A DNA stretch of 64,000 bases from Felis catus (taxonomy: Eukaryota). A program made the position numbers and the translations under genes. The notes beneath the pieces were generated by a model, which did no database searches, had not been told where the DNA came from, and saw only the letters and a program-made list of their open reading frames with translations. The stretch's first letter is position 1. Every line of letters starts with the position of its first letter. Location of the stretch: the NCBI RefSeq assembly GCF_018350175.1, contig NC_058368.1:134728001-134792000 (forward strand), in the 5' to 3' direction. Shown here one piece after another: positions 50,593 to 62,360 of the stretch.

Positions 50593-51539
50593 TCCTCCCG
50601 ATTCCATGTGACTAGCGTGATTATGACGTATTGAAAATTCAGAAAGCATACGTGTGCCGCCCTTAGGTTTTATTCAGAAACCGGTAGCTTCTTCTCACTT
50701 GATAGTACAAAGTTGGGCTTGCAGGGTGGAGGCTGTGTGCCACAGCGGCTAAGGACATGGAACTACCAGGCCGTCTACTGCACATCTGCCAACAGAAGCA
50801 AAAATAGGGAACCTCAGAGAGTTCTTAGAGTAGCAATAAAATTATGAAAACAATGGCTGAAGAAGGGTTGCCAGCTGGAATTTGTGATTGTATTAGCTAG
50901 AATCCATTACATTTGTAACTACCAGGCTAAAGAGATTATAAAATCTTCTATACCTGCTGTGAGGTACGTTCTGTTAGGGTCTCTGTGCTACAGTCTGGAC
51001 ACAGAAGCATAGAGAATGTAAGTAACTTGTTCTAAGGTTACACAGCAGAGCTCCCTACAGGAATTTGAAACTGGGGAGTCTGCTTCAAGTCTAACCACCA
51101 AACTAGATGTCCATTTGGGTGATTTCTCTGTCTGCCACCCAAACAAGCCTGCAGTCCACTCCAGTGACCCCACAGGACTGCTGGGCATATGTTCTTTTCT
51201 GTTTTCAGGCCATGCTGCTTGAGCAGCAGAAGTTTAGAGAAATAAACTGGAAGACCAGACATGGAAGGGTCAGAGGCTTCTCCTCCAGACCTCCTGTCCT
51301 GAGACTTTTTCACACCCCACCCTCCCCATCCTCCAACCCGTCATCAACCACGTGCCCCTTGGCATATAGTCCTGTCCTTTCCACTGAAGACTTGGGTTTC
51401 CCTTTGAAGTTGCTGCTACCTTTGTCACAAAAAAAATCTGTGTGTAGAATTTTCATTTCCACAGCCGGCTCTCAGGAACTGTCACCCTTCTCTTCCTTGG
51501 TCCTTATGCCCATATAAAGAAGGCCTTCTCTTCCTGGTA

Positions 51540-52620
51540 TAGGCTGGGGACTGCAGACGCAGTGGTGAGCAAAGCTAACGTGGCCCCTGCCCGCACGGAG
51601 TTGATAGTCTACTGGGGGAAACGAACATTATTCACAGAATGACACATCCTATAAAGCTACACTGTGACTGGTGCTGTAAAAGAAGTGTTTGAGGAGTGCA
51701 GAGCGGGGAGTCGACCTAATCAGGGAGGCCCAGGCAGCCTTCCCTAGGGAGGTGTGGTACAATGTGCAGGTCTGGAGAAAAAGGAGACTGTGTCCCAAGA
51801 ACCTGCTCAGAGTCCCTACACCCGGGCAGGAAGGAGCGTGGTGATTTTGAGGAACTGAAAGAAGGCCAGCGTGACTGGAGGACACAGGACGGGGATGTGG
51901 TATAGGAAGAGGGAAGAAGAGTAAGCAGGGACGAGACTGTACCGCCCACATTAAGGATGTCAGCCTGTATACCTACACATTTTTTGCAACGCTGGCTGCT
52001 CATCAGAAAAACCTGGGGAGCATTTTAGAAACACCGGTAAGAGAATTCCACTCCAGAAAATTAAATCCGAAATGGAACGGAGACCCAGGCATCAGGTTTT
52101 TTTTTGTTTTGTGTTTCATTTTTTGTTTTCAGAGCTTCCAGATGATTTGATGGGAAATCATGACCCTCCGGCCCTGTGAAGCCACAAGATGTTTAAAAGA
52201 GAAGATGTGTACTCTGTGTGTTTAGGGGGAAGTGAAGGCCATCATCAGATTTACATGCAGAAAGCATCCTGTGGCCAGAACTCTGGAGTTTGCAAAGCTA
52301 GGTCTCCCCTCAGAAGGGAGACTAGTTCAGTGACTGCTGAATGGTGCAAGTTTGGGGCGGGGGTGGGGGGTGGGTAGCAACCATGGAGATGAAAAGAGAT
52401 GGGTAAATATGAGAGATTTCTGTTTGTTTAAACCTCTGGGGTTGGGGAGTGCTGAAATCATGGACTCAGTGTAGGGGAAAAGAGAGAGGCGGGTTAACAG
52501 GGTTCTGCCTATACAGCAGGCTGCATAACCGTGCTATTTGTTGGGATAGCAGCAAGGACCAGAACCAGACGTGGTTAGAGTGATGGCCAGGCTTCAGTTT
52601 TGGCAGGTGGAGTCGGCCTT
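51540..52620 (-). mobile_element. LINE-2 fragments (with a MER5-like insert at ~51990-52150)
   Basis: ggcccctgcccgcacggagttgatagtctact; ttttgaggaactgaaagaaggccag; ttcagttttgg. Confidence 0.65.
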
Positions 52621-52879
52621 CATTTCATCTTGTGCTTTACTTCTCCTTTCTCTAGGCCTTCAAGGTGTCACCCACAAATCCTTGCTATTTATTATGTATT
52701 GAAACCAACCATAACAACAACAACAGAAAACTACTAAACACTAAATTCAAGTCATTGGCTTGATTGATCTGCCTTGGATGGTAACTTGAAGAAGCTTACT
52801 GCCGTGTAAATAAGCCTTCCTAGTAAATACACACATTTTCCTAGCAAAGTTGTCTCCTTTCCATCTTGTCATTAACATT

Positions 52880-53360
52880 TTTCATGTTGCAGATCCCTTG
52901 AGATGTTTGGTGCCGAATGACAGAAACCTCACTCCAAGAAGCTTAAATTAAAAGAACATTTTATTGTAGGGCTATAAAAGTATCACTTGGAGTACAAAGA
53001 TAAATTTGCAGCCAGGTTCCAAGAAAAATTAAAATCATGAACTCATGACTTTATGGTATCTCTCCTCAGTTCTGGCTCTCTGCCTATCTGCTTTGTCCTT
53101 CCTTCTTCTGTCTCCTCACAAACCAGCTTCCATCACTTCTGCTGTCAACATACAAAAACTGGCAGCTGATAGCTTCTGATAGGTTTACAGAGCTTCTGAG
53201 CTCAGACTTCAAGGGAGGCTATCCTGACTGTCATTACAAACTCCAGAATCCTGAGGAAGGAACTCATTGGCCAAATGCGCCAGGTATCCTGCTCTGGACC
53301 AGTTACCTGTGGCCAGGAAGTAGGATCTGAAGGAAAGGTTATGATCAGCCCACATTGATT
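52880..53360 (-). mobile_element. Old MLT1 LTR
   Basis: tgacagaaacctcactc...gcttaaa; ctcattggcc...tctggacca....ctgtggccagg. Confidence 0.6.
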
Positions 53361-54653
53361 CATTTACCCCACTTAACTCTGGCTGCACTGGGTGGTCTCA
53401 GTGATAGTCCTCGGTAATTGTGGTAGGACTAGGGTTGCAAGTCCTGGAAAAGCACAGGTTTGCCATGACATCCCAGTTGAGTAAATTAAAATGTGCAAAC
53501 CACAAGCTCTAACTGAAAACAATTCTAAGCAGGTTGATAATTTTATAAAGTATCCCGTCTTTCTAGACTGCTGTTACTATGGAATCAAGTCTCCAAAATT
53601 TCTAAAACCTTATATTGGCTAGGGAGGACTGCTAGGAGACTTGTATTTGTATATTATTTGGACTAGGAAGTTTTCCAGCTGATTCACCAAAGCCGTGCAC
53701 TACTAGCTCTGATGTTACACTGATTTTAAATATCATTTGCATTTCTTTAGGTGGAGAAATTACATAACAAATCCTAGCTCCTTTGATTCTCATTAGTATC
53801 TGATTAACATTGAGACTCCCCAAAGCCCAAATAGAAGTAGCACGATTCAGATTTCAGATTCAGATTTCAGTTGCCTTTGGGAAAATATGTACTTTGTTTC
53901 CTAAGAGATGGAGGAGAACTTGCTAGAAGAGAAGTCATGAAGAAGCTGGTTTTGACAGTGTATACTTTTGAAGCTCCAAGATAAGATGAGGGCTGTGCAC
54001 ATTACTGGTGATGAAAGTGATCATAAATAAAGATCTTCCAGGAGCTATCTCATGGATGGGTATTGAAAACCCACTAGGAAATAATCCGGCTGGTATTTCC
54101 ATTCTGACTTCGCAGGGTGTGGCCTTCTTTGCAGACTCTATACTTTGTGAGGTCATGACCTTTGGAATTTCCCTCAAGACATAAATGTATAATCTAGTTA
54201 GGGCTAAAGAAATAACATGGTTAATAATGTTTATAAACGAATCTAGAGTGTCCAATAGACAATCTCCGTTAGTTGAGAGAGGAGTCAGGGGCTGGGAGTG
54301 CAGGCAGGCTGGGACTGGCTCTTGACAAGTTTGTGAAGTGGGTACAGTTTGCTTTGGGTGCCCTTGCTCTCATCAGCAAGGACTGCGTTTTCCCCCTTTT
54401 GGACCCTCTATACTTACCTTTAACTTCCTTCTCTATCTGCTGGACGGTACCTATAATTCTTGTTCTCCACTCATTTTCACCTGATTTCTGCTAAGGGGTT
54501 AACTGGTAGTTGAGGTGTTATCTCAAACGCAGCAGAACTGTGTGGTGGGGATTCAGATTGTAGACCTTTTTCTGCTGTTACCGCTCCGTGTAACCTAGGG
54601 CTAATTTCGTCATGTCCCAGACTTCCATTTTCTCATCTTTAAAACACATAGGA

Positions 54654-54888
54654 GGGGTGCCTGGGTGGCTCAGTCGGTTAAGCGTCCGACTTCGGCTCAG
54701 GTCATGATCTCGCGGTCCGTGAGTTCGAGCCCCGCGTCGGGCTCTGTGCTGACAGCTCAGAGCCTGGAGCCTGTTTCAGATTCTGTGTCTCCCTCTCTCT
54801 GACCCTCCCCCGTTCATGCTTTGTCTCTCTCTGTCTCAAAAATAAATAAACGTTAAAAAAATTTTAAAAAAAATAAAATAAAATAAAA
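54654..54888 (+). mobile_element. Young CanSINE
   Basis: Consensus-like and CpG-rich; perfect TSD taaaacacatagga at 54640-54653 and 54889-54902; inserted in a MIR. Confidence 0.98.
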
Positions 54889-55034
54889 TAAAACACATAG
54901 GAAAGAATTCGATGCTACACTGCCTTCCAGATATTAAATTGTTAGCCTCTATAACAACAGCCTTCAGATGTATTTGTATCTTTAAAAGGTGTGAGATGGA
55001 CAGTCTTTTCTTCTTCCCTAGGTATAATTCAGAG

Positions 55035-55225
55035 CAAAGGCCAGCCCACTTTTTTTTTTATCAAGAGCCAGAGAGGAAATATTTCAGGCCTTGGGGGCCG
55101 TATAGTCCCTGTCACAACCACTGACGCTGCCATGGTAGTGTGAAAACAGCCATCGACAAGAGAACTTATTTACAAAAATAGCTGATGGCTGGAATTGGCC
55201 TGCAGGTGTAGTTTTCACACCCCTG
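55035..55225. mobile_element. MER58A-like hAT MITE
   Basis: gccaga...aaatatttcaggc...ctgtcacaaccact...cagccat.gaca...tttacaaaaa...cacccctg. Confidence 0.85.
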
Positions 55226-55231
55226 CTTTAG

Positions 55232-55440
55232 CAATGCAGTCTGGAGCCAAGTTGCTTGAGTTCAAAGCTCAGCTCTGCCACCTACCCAACCTTTTCAGGC
55301 CACAGTTACCTCATCTGTAAAATGAGAGAAATGATACTACAGGTACCTCGTAGGGTGGCGGTGGTGACTAAATGCGTTCAGATGTGTAAAGCACTTGAAC
55401 CAGTGCTCACTTTATAATAAGTGCCGTTAACTATATTATT
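55232..55440 (+). mobile_element. MIR
   Basis: tctggagcca...gttcaaa..tcagctctgccac...cctcatctgtaaaatgag...tgtaaagcactt. Confidence 0.88.
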
Positions 55441-58011
55441 CTCCCCCTCGTCAGCTTCCTTTTGTGTTTCGGCACCGCATTTTCCTGTCAATGAGCTTGG
55501 CCCAGCGGCCTCTTCTGCAGGGAGGTGGTAATGGGGCAAGAGCCACTCAATGCCAGGTGAGTAAAGACATATCCTTGTCAGGAAACTTTCCTGTTCATGA
55601 AGTTTCCACTGGTGGACAGTCATAGATCTATTCAAAGCTTCTTACCAGAGCAAAAGCACATCAATTTAGCCTGCCTCAAACTTGCGGCTCTAGCCCTCAC
55701 TTGCGTGATAGGCTTTGAATGTAAAACATAAATCGTCCTGTAGCATTCCGCATGGTAGCCTGTTGGGAAGCCCGGAGGCTTCTGAACCCCCTTCCAAGAA
55801 AGAACGAGTAAGAAAAAAGCGTGGCATAACCGCCTCTGTCAAAGGGCTGAGCCTCCTGTTAGGGAAGAGAGTGAGTTTTTCAGATTTAGTACCACTAGCT
55901 TGTTAGTATCATGCAGGGACTGGTGAGGGAACATTCCCCCGAATGAGAACATTAGGATACAGTTTTAATGGGGTCCAACGTGGATTGCAGCAAGGAGGTA
56001 TTGGTGGGCACGGGTGTCGGTGTGCGTGCTGACATTCGTTGTGAGGGAAATGGCTTGGGAACAGACGTGTATTCTTTTCTCCCTTTGCATTCCACGATTA
56101 AAAACAAACAAACAAAAATAGCCGGAATTGCCAGCTCCTTCGCCACAGAACTGCGCGGTCAATTATTTTTTAGCAATTTCAGGTTGTTTTGCCTTAGATT
56201 GCATCATCAGCCTGCATAGTTTCCCCTGTTTTTCAAGTGGCAGGGTGCCTCAATTATGCACGAGTTTAGTAATCTTTTACAAGGGCATTGTTGACAGACC
56301 GACAAGCATGCATAAAAGTCGTAAATCTTTTCTTTAGTTACTCCACAGTACCTGTTACATTTGGCCAGTATTTACCAGGCCCCAGCTAAACCAGGATGGT
56401 GCCAGTGAGACCACAAGCTACAACAGTGTGGCCGACTGGGGGAGGCTTAGGTACTTGTGGTGATGCTGTCTGTCACTCAGCAGCTGGTGACTTGGAGCAT
56501 CAACTACATTGGTAACGCAGAGACAGTTATCTAACCTCTCTAGGACTCAGTGTCCTTATCTGAAAATGGGAGAGGTAAGCTAGAGGCATAAGGCACTAGG
56601 CAGCTTTCTAATTCAGGATTCCCCAAAGAGAGAGACCAGGGAGGTCCCAAAGGTCTGAAATTCTCTATTGATGAGCCCAAATCATCAGAGTTTCTCTGTG
56701 ATCGGTGGTCACCAATAGATTAGTTGATAATCACAATGGTTAGGCTGAAAGTTGGCTTGAAGTAGCACATCACAAATTCAGGGTAAGGGGCACCGTGACA
56801 GGAAAGCAGGAAGGTATCAGTGAACAGTGAGGCAGCAGGGGCTGCCTCGAGGCAAAAGGGCCCCAGTGGAGATTTGGTTCTGGTGCTCATCATGGATGGG
56901 ACCGGATCAAATCACAAAGCCTTTCTCAGTCTGTCTGTCCATCTGTAAGATGGCAGTCACGACACGTGCTGTACCCACAACCCAGAGCCAGTGCATTTCA
57001 CAGAACAGTTCATGTGCAAGCCCTCTTTTTTTTTTTTTTTTTTTTTTTTGGTGCAAGCCCTCTTGAAACATTGAAATCCAATACAAAAGCCATCGTAAAC
57101 ACAGCTCCCTTAAAGCAGAAAACAGAAGACATGAGGGCTTAAAGAAACCGATACACTGCAAAACATCCTAAATTATGAGTAGTCGTTCCTTCAGGATGCA
57201 TTTTATTCATAACTGGAGAAAGGAAGTGCTTGTTAGCATTATGATACATCCACCCACCAAGGATTTTGAGTGTTAAAATACGACTCTAACCAATTTTAGA
57301 AAAATGGGTACTGTCAGAAGACAGCCTTACCTGATCTAAAGTGTTTCCTTTGCATACACAGCTTGGCAAGACCCAGAGAAAAGGCTGTGTGATTGGAGCT
57401 AGATTGGGGAGGCTGAGGGTAATGTGTTTCCTTTATTCTCCGAGGCTGTCTGAATACTCGGGCTAGGTTCCGTCAGAAGCTCTGACAGTTCTGGATCTCC
57501 TCCAGTGGAGGGAACAAAGGCTAGGGTTTCTTTTGAAAAATTCTTTCTGAGCAGAGAGATTGTCCAACACAGTTTCCTTGATAAAGGGCTCATTATCTGT
57601 CGGTGTGACTTTGCCCTTAATTTTTATGCTGGCAGGGCCAACATGAGATATTTAAGCAAATCCTTTTACCCAGACAGCTATAACAGCACCCTAACAATTT
57701 GTGCCAGGGCTCCAAACTTGGGTGTGGAATATAATCAATATGGGTTAAATTTCCAGTTATTTCAATCAGCAAGAAATATAGTTTATTTGCTTGCTTCTTA
57801 TTGTATTTACACTTGGCACTTTTCAAATGCAAGCTCATTTTCAAATAAAAAAATCGATGGTAGAATGTTTCAGAATTGTTTTCTTAGCTCAACTGACACA
57901 TGCTTATGGATCTAAGTGGGTTGCTTGTATTGGAGTAAGGTGGCTCCAGAAGGTTGGGAAAAGGTGATCCTCTGAGAAAGAAATCAGAATTAACAATTAA
58001 CACATGATGTA

Positions 58012-58014
<3 letters not shown>

Positions 58015-58097
<83 letters not shown>
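58015..58097. repeat. Compound (TG)n(AG)n microsatellite
   Basis: Perfect TG run directly joined to an AG run. Confidence 0.98.
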
Positions 58098-58099
<2 letters not shown>

Positions 58100-58238
58100 T
58101 GTAAATGGTGATGCAGAAAATCTTGTATCACCCAAGTCTAAACAAGGTGATTAAGTTTTAGTTTCTAAGAGGCAAACCTGGAATGTGATGTTAGCTCAGA
58201 AAGCTGAAGGCTAAGTGTCCTGTAAGCTTGGTAAAAGA

Positions 58239-58454
58239 TTTTTTTTTTTAATGTTATTTTTTGAGAGAGAGAGAGACAGAGCATGAGCCAGGGAGGGACA
58301 GAGAGGGAGGGAGACACAGAATCTGAAGCAGGTTCCAGGCTCCAAGTTGTTATGACAGTACAGAGTCTGATGCTGAGCTCGAACCCACAGACCGTGAGAT
58401 CATGACCTGAGCCAAAGTCAGTTGCTTAAATGACTGAGCCACCCAGGTGCCCCT
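58239..58454 (-). mobile_element. CanSINE
   Basis: Poly-T, (GA)n, reverse head. Confidence 0.95.
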
Positions 58455-58693
58455 GGATTTACCATTTTTTGTACCTCCATTCATTAATTGCTGAACACTT
58501 GGCTGTTTCCAGCTTTTGGCTATTGTGAACAATGCTGTTGTGAACATTGGCATGCAAGTTTCTATTTGAGTCCCTTCTCACTGTGGTTTTAATTTGTATT
58601 TCTCTAGTAATTAAAGATGTTTAGCTTCTATACATGAGTTTATTTGCCATGCACATATCTTCTTTGGTAAAGTGTTTAAATCTTTTGTCCATT

Positions 58694-58907
58694 AAAAAAA
58701 ATTTTTTTTTAATGTTTTTCTTTATTTTTGAGAGTGGCAGAGCTGAGTGGGGGAGGGGCAGTGAGAGAGGGAGACACAGAATCTGAAGCAGCTCCAGGCT
58801 CTGAGCTGTCAGCACAGAGCCCATTGTGGGGCTCAAACCCATGAACTGTGAGATCATGACCTGAGCTGAAGTCAGATGCTTAACCAGCTGAGCCACCCAG
58901 GTGCCCC
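58694..58907 (-). mobile_element. CanSINE
   Basis: Perfect TSD tcttttgtccatt at 58681-58693 and 58908-58920. Confidence 0.96.
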
Positions 58908-58928
58908 TCTTTTGTCCATTTTTTAAAA

Positions 58929-59126
58929 ATCTTTATTTTATTTATTTTTTAGTGAGAAAGAGAGCATGAGCAGGGGAGGGGCAGACAGAAGGAGGGAGGA
59001 TCCCAAGCAGGCTCTGCACTGTCAGCACAGAGCCTGTTCCAGGGAATGAACTCATGAACCCTGAGACCATGACCTGAGCCGAAACTAAGAGTCGGATGCT
59101 TAACTGACTGACCCACCCAGGCACCC
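58929..59126 (-). mobile_element. CanSINE (older)
   Basis: Flanked by cttttgt(c/t)cattttt(t)aaaa. Confidence 0.94.
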
Positions 59127-59201
59127 TGCTTTTGTTCATTTTTAAAAGCTGTTGTTTGTTTGCTTTTTTGTTACTGTGTTGTGAGATTTCCTAACGTATT
59201 C

Positions 59202-59417
59202 CTTAAATGTTTATTTATTTTACTTTTGAGAGAGAGAGAGAGAAATTGATTGTGAGTGGGGGAGGGGCAGAGTGAGAGGGAGACAGAGAATCCCAAGCAG
59301 GCTCCATGCTGTCAGTGCAGAGCCCAACGTGGGGCTTGAACTCACAAACCGTGAGATCATGACCTGAGCTGAAATCAAGAGTTGGACGCTTAACCAACTG
59401 AGCCACCGAGGCGCCCC
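59202..59417 (-). mobile_element. CanSINE
   Basis: TSD tcctaa(c/t)gtattc at 59189-59201 and 59418-59430. Confidence 0.96.
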
Positions 59418-60237
59418 TCCTAATGTATTCTAATACAAGTCCTTTGTTGGATATATGTTTAACAGCAAATGTGTTTCCCAAGATGTGGCTTCTTATTTTC
59501 ACAACAGTGTCATTTGAAGAGCAAAACTTTGCAGTTTTGATGAAGTTCAGTTTGATTTTGATTTTTTTTCTTTCGTAGCTGTGTCCTAATTTTTAAGAAA
59601 TCTTTTCTTTAGAAGAAAAGGTTTAGAATCTATATTTTCTTTTAGGAGTTTTGTAGTGTCTGCTCTTAGATGTTTAGGTCTATGATTCATTTCCAGGCAA
59701 TTTTTTTTATGGTGGGATATCAGCACCCAAGTTCATTTTTCCGTGGACGTGGTTTTCCAGTTGCCCCATGCCTGCTGGTGTTTTAGCACCAGTTGTAGAC
59801 TGGCATCCTGGTGGCCCTGTCGCTCTGTCCCCGAATCTGGCTTGACTTCTTCCGACTCTCAGAGGCTCTTTCTGGAGAGTGCTTGCACACGATTGCTCTA
59901 AAGGTCACAAATCTAAGAATTTATATTGAGTTTCCTTTCAACTTCCAGGCTTTTCTCCCTTACTGAGTACCCTCTCTGTACCAGTAAGTCCATGAGCTGC
60001 TGGAGTTACCCCAAAATAAAACGTGGCCCTTGCATTCAAGAAAATAGCTACACAAACATTTGCTTCTATGTTTCACATTTTATCACCTCAACTGAGGTTA
60101 CTGTGTTGTAACTTTTTGAAGTACAGCTTCTTATTTCAAGGGACTTTGAGGGCAGCCATTGGGTAGAATGTGGCTGAAAACTACTGCACAGGTGGCTTAT
60201 TCACTTGTATCTCATACTGGTTGATTTGTCGAGTCTT

Positions 60238-60462
60238 TTTTTTTATAATTTTTTTTTCAACGTTTATTTATTTTTGGGACAGAGAGAGACAGAGCATGAA
60301 CGGGGGAGGGGCAGAGAGAGAGAGGGGGACACAGAATCGGAAACAGGCTCCAGGCTCTGAGTTATCAGCCCAGAGCCTGACGCGGGGCTCGAACTCACGG
60401 ACCGCGAGATCGTGACCTGGCTGAAGTCGGACGCTTAACCGACTGCGCCACCCAGGCTCCCC
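60238..60462 (-). mobile_element. Young CanSINE (SINEC_Fc-like)
   Basis: Perfect TSD gatttgtcgagtctt at 60223-60237 and 60464-60478; near-identical to the 46060 copy. Confidence 0.98.
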
Positions 60463-61387
60463 AGATTTGTCGAGTCTTATCCTCAACAGTTGATGAGGAT
60501 TCAGACACTAAAAGATTAGACAGGGATGTCCAGAGAATAGATTGTGAGCAGAGAACTCAGGGTATGTATGAGCGATTATGATCTGACACGTTCTCTGGGG
60601 TACACTCGGAAAGTCGTCACTCTTTGTAGGACTTCAACATGGTTAACAGCTTGTTCAGGCTCAGAAACACCAGACTGAGAAGTACAGTATTGGTGGCCTT
60701 AAGAATTTTCACTCTGCTAGGAAGCATTCCAGCCACTTTTTTCTTGTTTCCCTTAACCTGTGTTTAACCTAGTCACTCACAAAAGTGAAAAATCTTAAGC
60801 TAAGTAATACAGGAACTGATTGCCGCACCCTCCCCCTCCCCCGAATTTCCATTATCAGGGCAGGAAAGAGGAAAAATAAAATTATTAGGCAAAACTCCTT
60901 AGTGTTTGGTCGTGCTCATTTCTCACCCGTTACCATCTCTCACCTATTGAATGCCTGCAGTGTTTGGTGCCATGGAGAACAGAAGATTGGAAATACAGAG
61001 GCCTTTAGACCAGCAATTTGAGATTCCAACAAGCTAGTTGTCCTCTTGGGTGTCCTTTTTGTTGTTGTTGAGGTCCACTTAATTTTATGATGTAAGGCAT
61101 CATAAAACCATCGACCAGTGGTCATCACACTTATGTGGCCTAACCCAGGTTTCAAAAAATGTTGAATTAATTGCCAGCATTTAGTCATTGAGAAATGGCC
61201 CATAAAAGTCTGGGTTTCCAGCTCCTCTCTGAAAATTGGAAGGTTTGGTAAATTTGGGCTCACATTCCCATGTGGTGACGATCAGCTAAATGCTACTACC
61301 AGCTGCTTCCTGTAAGACCAGCCATTTGTGCTCCAGTCTCTCCCAGCTGGCCTTCCTGATGGACCTTTCCTACCTGGATCCCCCAGA

Positions 61388-61740
61388 GCAGTGGTTCTTA
61401 ACCCTGGCTTCACAGTGGAGACACGTGAGGAACTATAGAGGCCACGGATGCCTCTGTTCTACCTACAGAAGTTTTGATATAATCTCTCTGGGCTGCTGAC
61501 CAGGCACTGGGATTTTTATAAGCTCCCCAGCCAATGACAAGTGCCATAGCCAAAACTGAGGACCCCTGCTAAGACGGAACATTGCAAACTTTAAATTGCA
61601 CATCAGTCACCTGGGGATTTCGTTAAAACGCAGAGTGTGATTCAAGAGGCCTGGGATGGGGCCCGGGACGCTGCATATCTAACCAGCTCCTAGATGGTGC
61701 CAATGCTGCTGGTCTGTGCACCTCTCTTTGCGAAGTAAGG
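61388..61740. mobile_element. Two adjacent MER5-like hAT MITEs
   Basis: gcagtggttcttaaccctggct...aagctccccag...ctgaggacccctg; gcacatcagtcacctgggga...ctgcat.tctaac.agctcc...tgctgctggtc. Confidence 0.8.
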
Positions 61741-62187
61741 CTCTAAGGCATTTGTACTTGTGTTGTTGTTTGAACTCTAAACCACATCATTGGGTTTTGA
61801 GTCTAAAGGAATTGTGTTCTAGCATTCACATCACTGCAGTAGTTGGAGTGATGGGGGCCAATGAGGATATCTGACGAGTCTTCTTTGGGGAGGACACTTC
61901 TTCCCCAAAGTGGCTTGCTGTGGCCACTGAAAGGCTTTCAGGGTGCTGCGGGTCCTTGTCTCTGTTAGTCTGACTTCCAAACCCCCTTGACCATCACCAG
62001 TTGTGCACATCATACCCATTTTCCTTTGGGAAACTGTACATCTTCTGACATTTTGAGCTCCTCAGTAGTGGCACCACCTGGCAGCCAACAGTTTGGCTGC
62101 TACTGATTGAACAGTGGTGTTTCTGTGCCCATTTGAGCATTTCAGTGCAGTGGTTTTCCGTTTGTGTTCCCAGCTGCCCTAGGCCTA

Positions 62188-62360
62188 GAGCAAAGGCTCT
62201 CAACCCCTAGTGTGCACAGAAGACTTGGAAGGCTTATTTAAACAGATTGGTAGGCTCCACCCCCCCCCCCCCCCCCCGCCAGCATTTGTGATGCAGTAAG
62301 GACAGAGAATTTGCATTTCCAACCCATCCCCAGGAGATAATAACCTGCCTTGTCCAAAGG
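62188..62360. mobile_element. MER5A-like MITE containing a poly-C run
   Basis: ctctcaacc...gcttatttaaacagattg...gaatttgcatttccaac; C-run at ~62260-62277. Confidence 0.7.

Larger units (their letters stand above)
58470..59770 (-). mobile_element. Old L1 fragment carrying three SINEs
   Basis: MFTTALFTIAKSWKQP; ttttaatttgtatttctct; ttttgatgaagttcagttt. Confidence 0.85.

Noticed and set aside
53844..53870. gattcagatttca x2 tandem
   Set aside because: Two-copy slippage duplication; no array or spacer structure. No CRISPR-like array was seen anywhere in the window.
1537..60486. Recurrent ORFs such as MAQSVK..TSAQVMIS..SSP.SGSVLTAQSLE
   Set aside because: These are translations of CanSINE copies, not a gene family.
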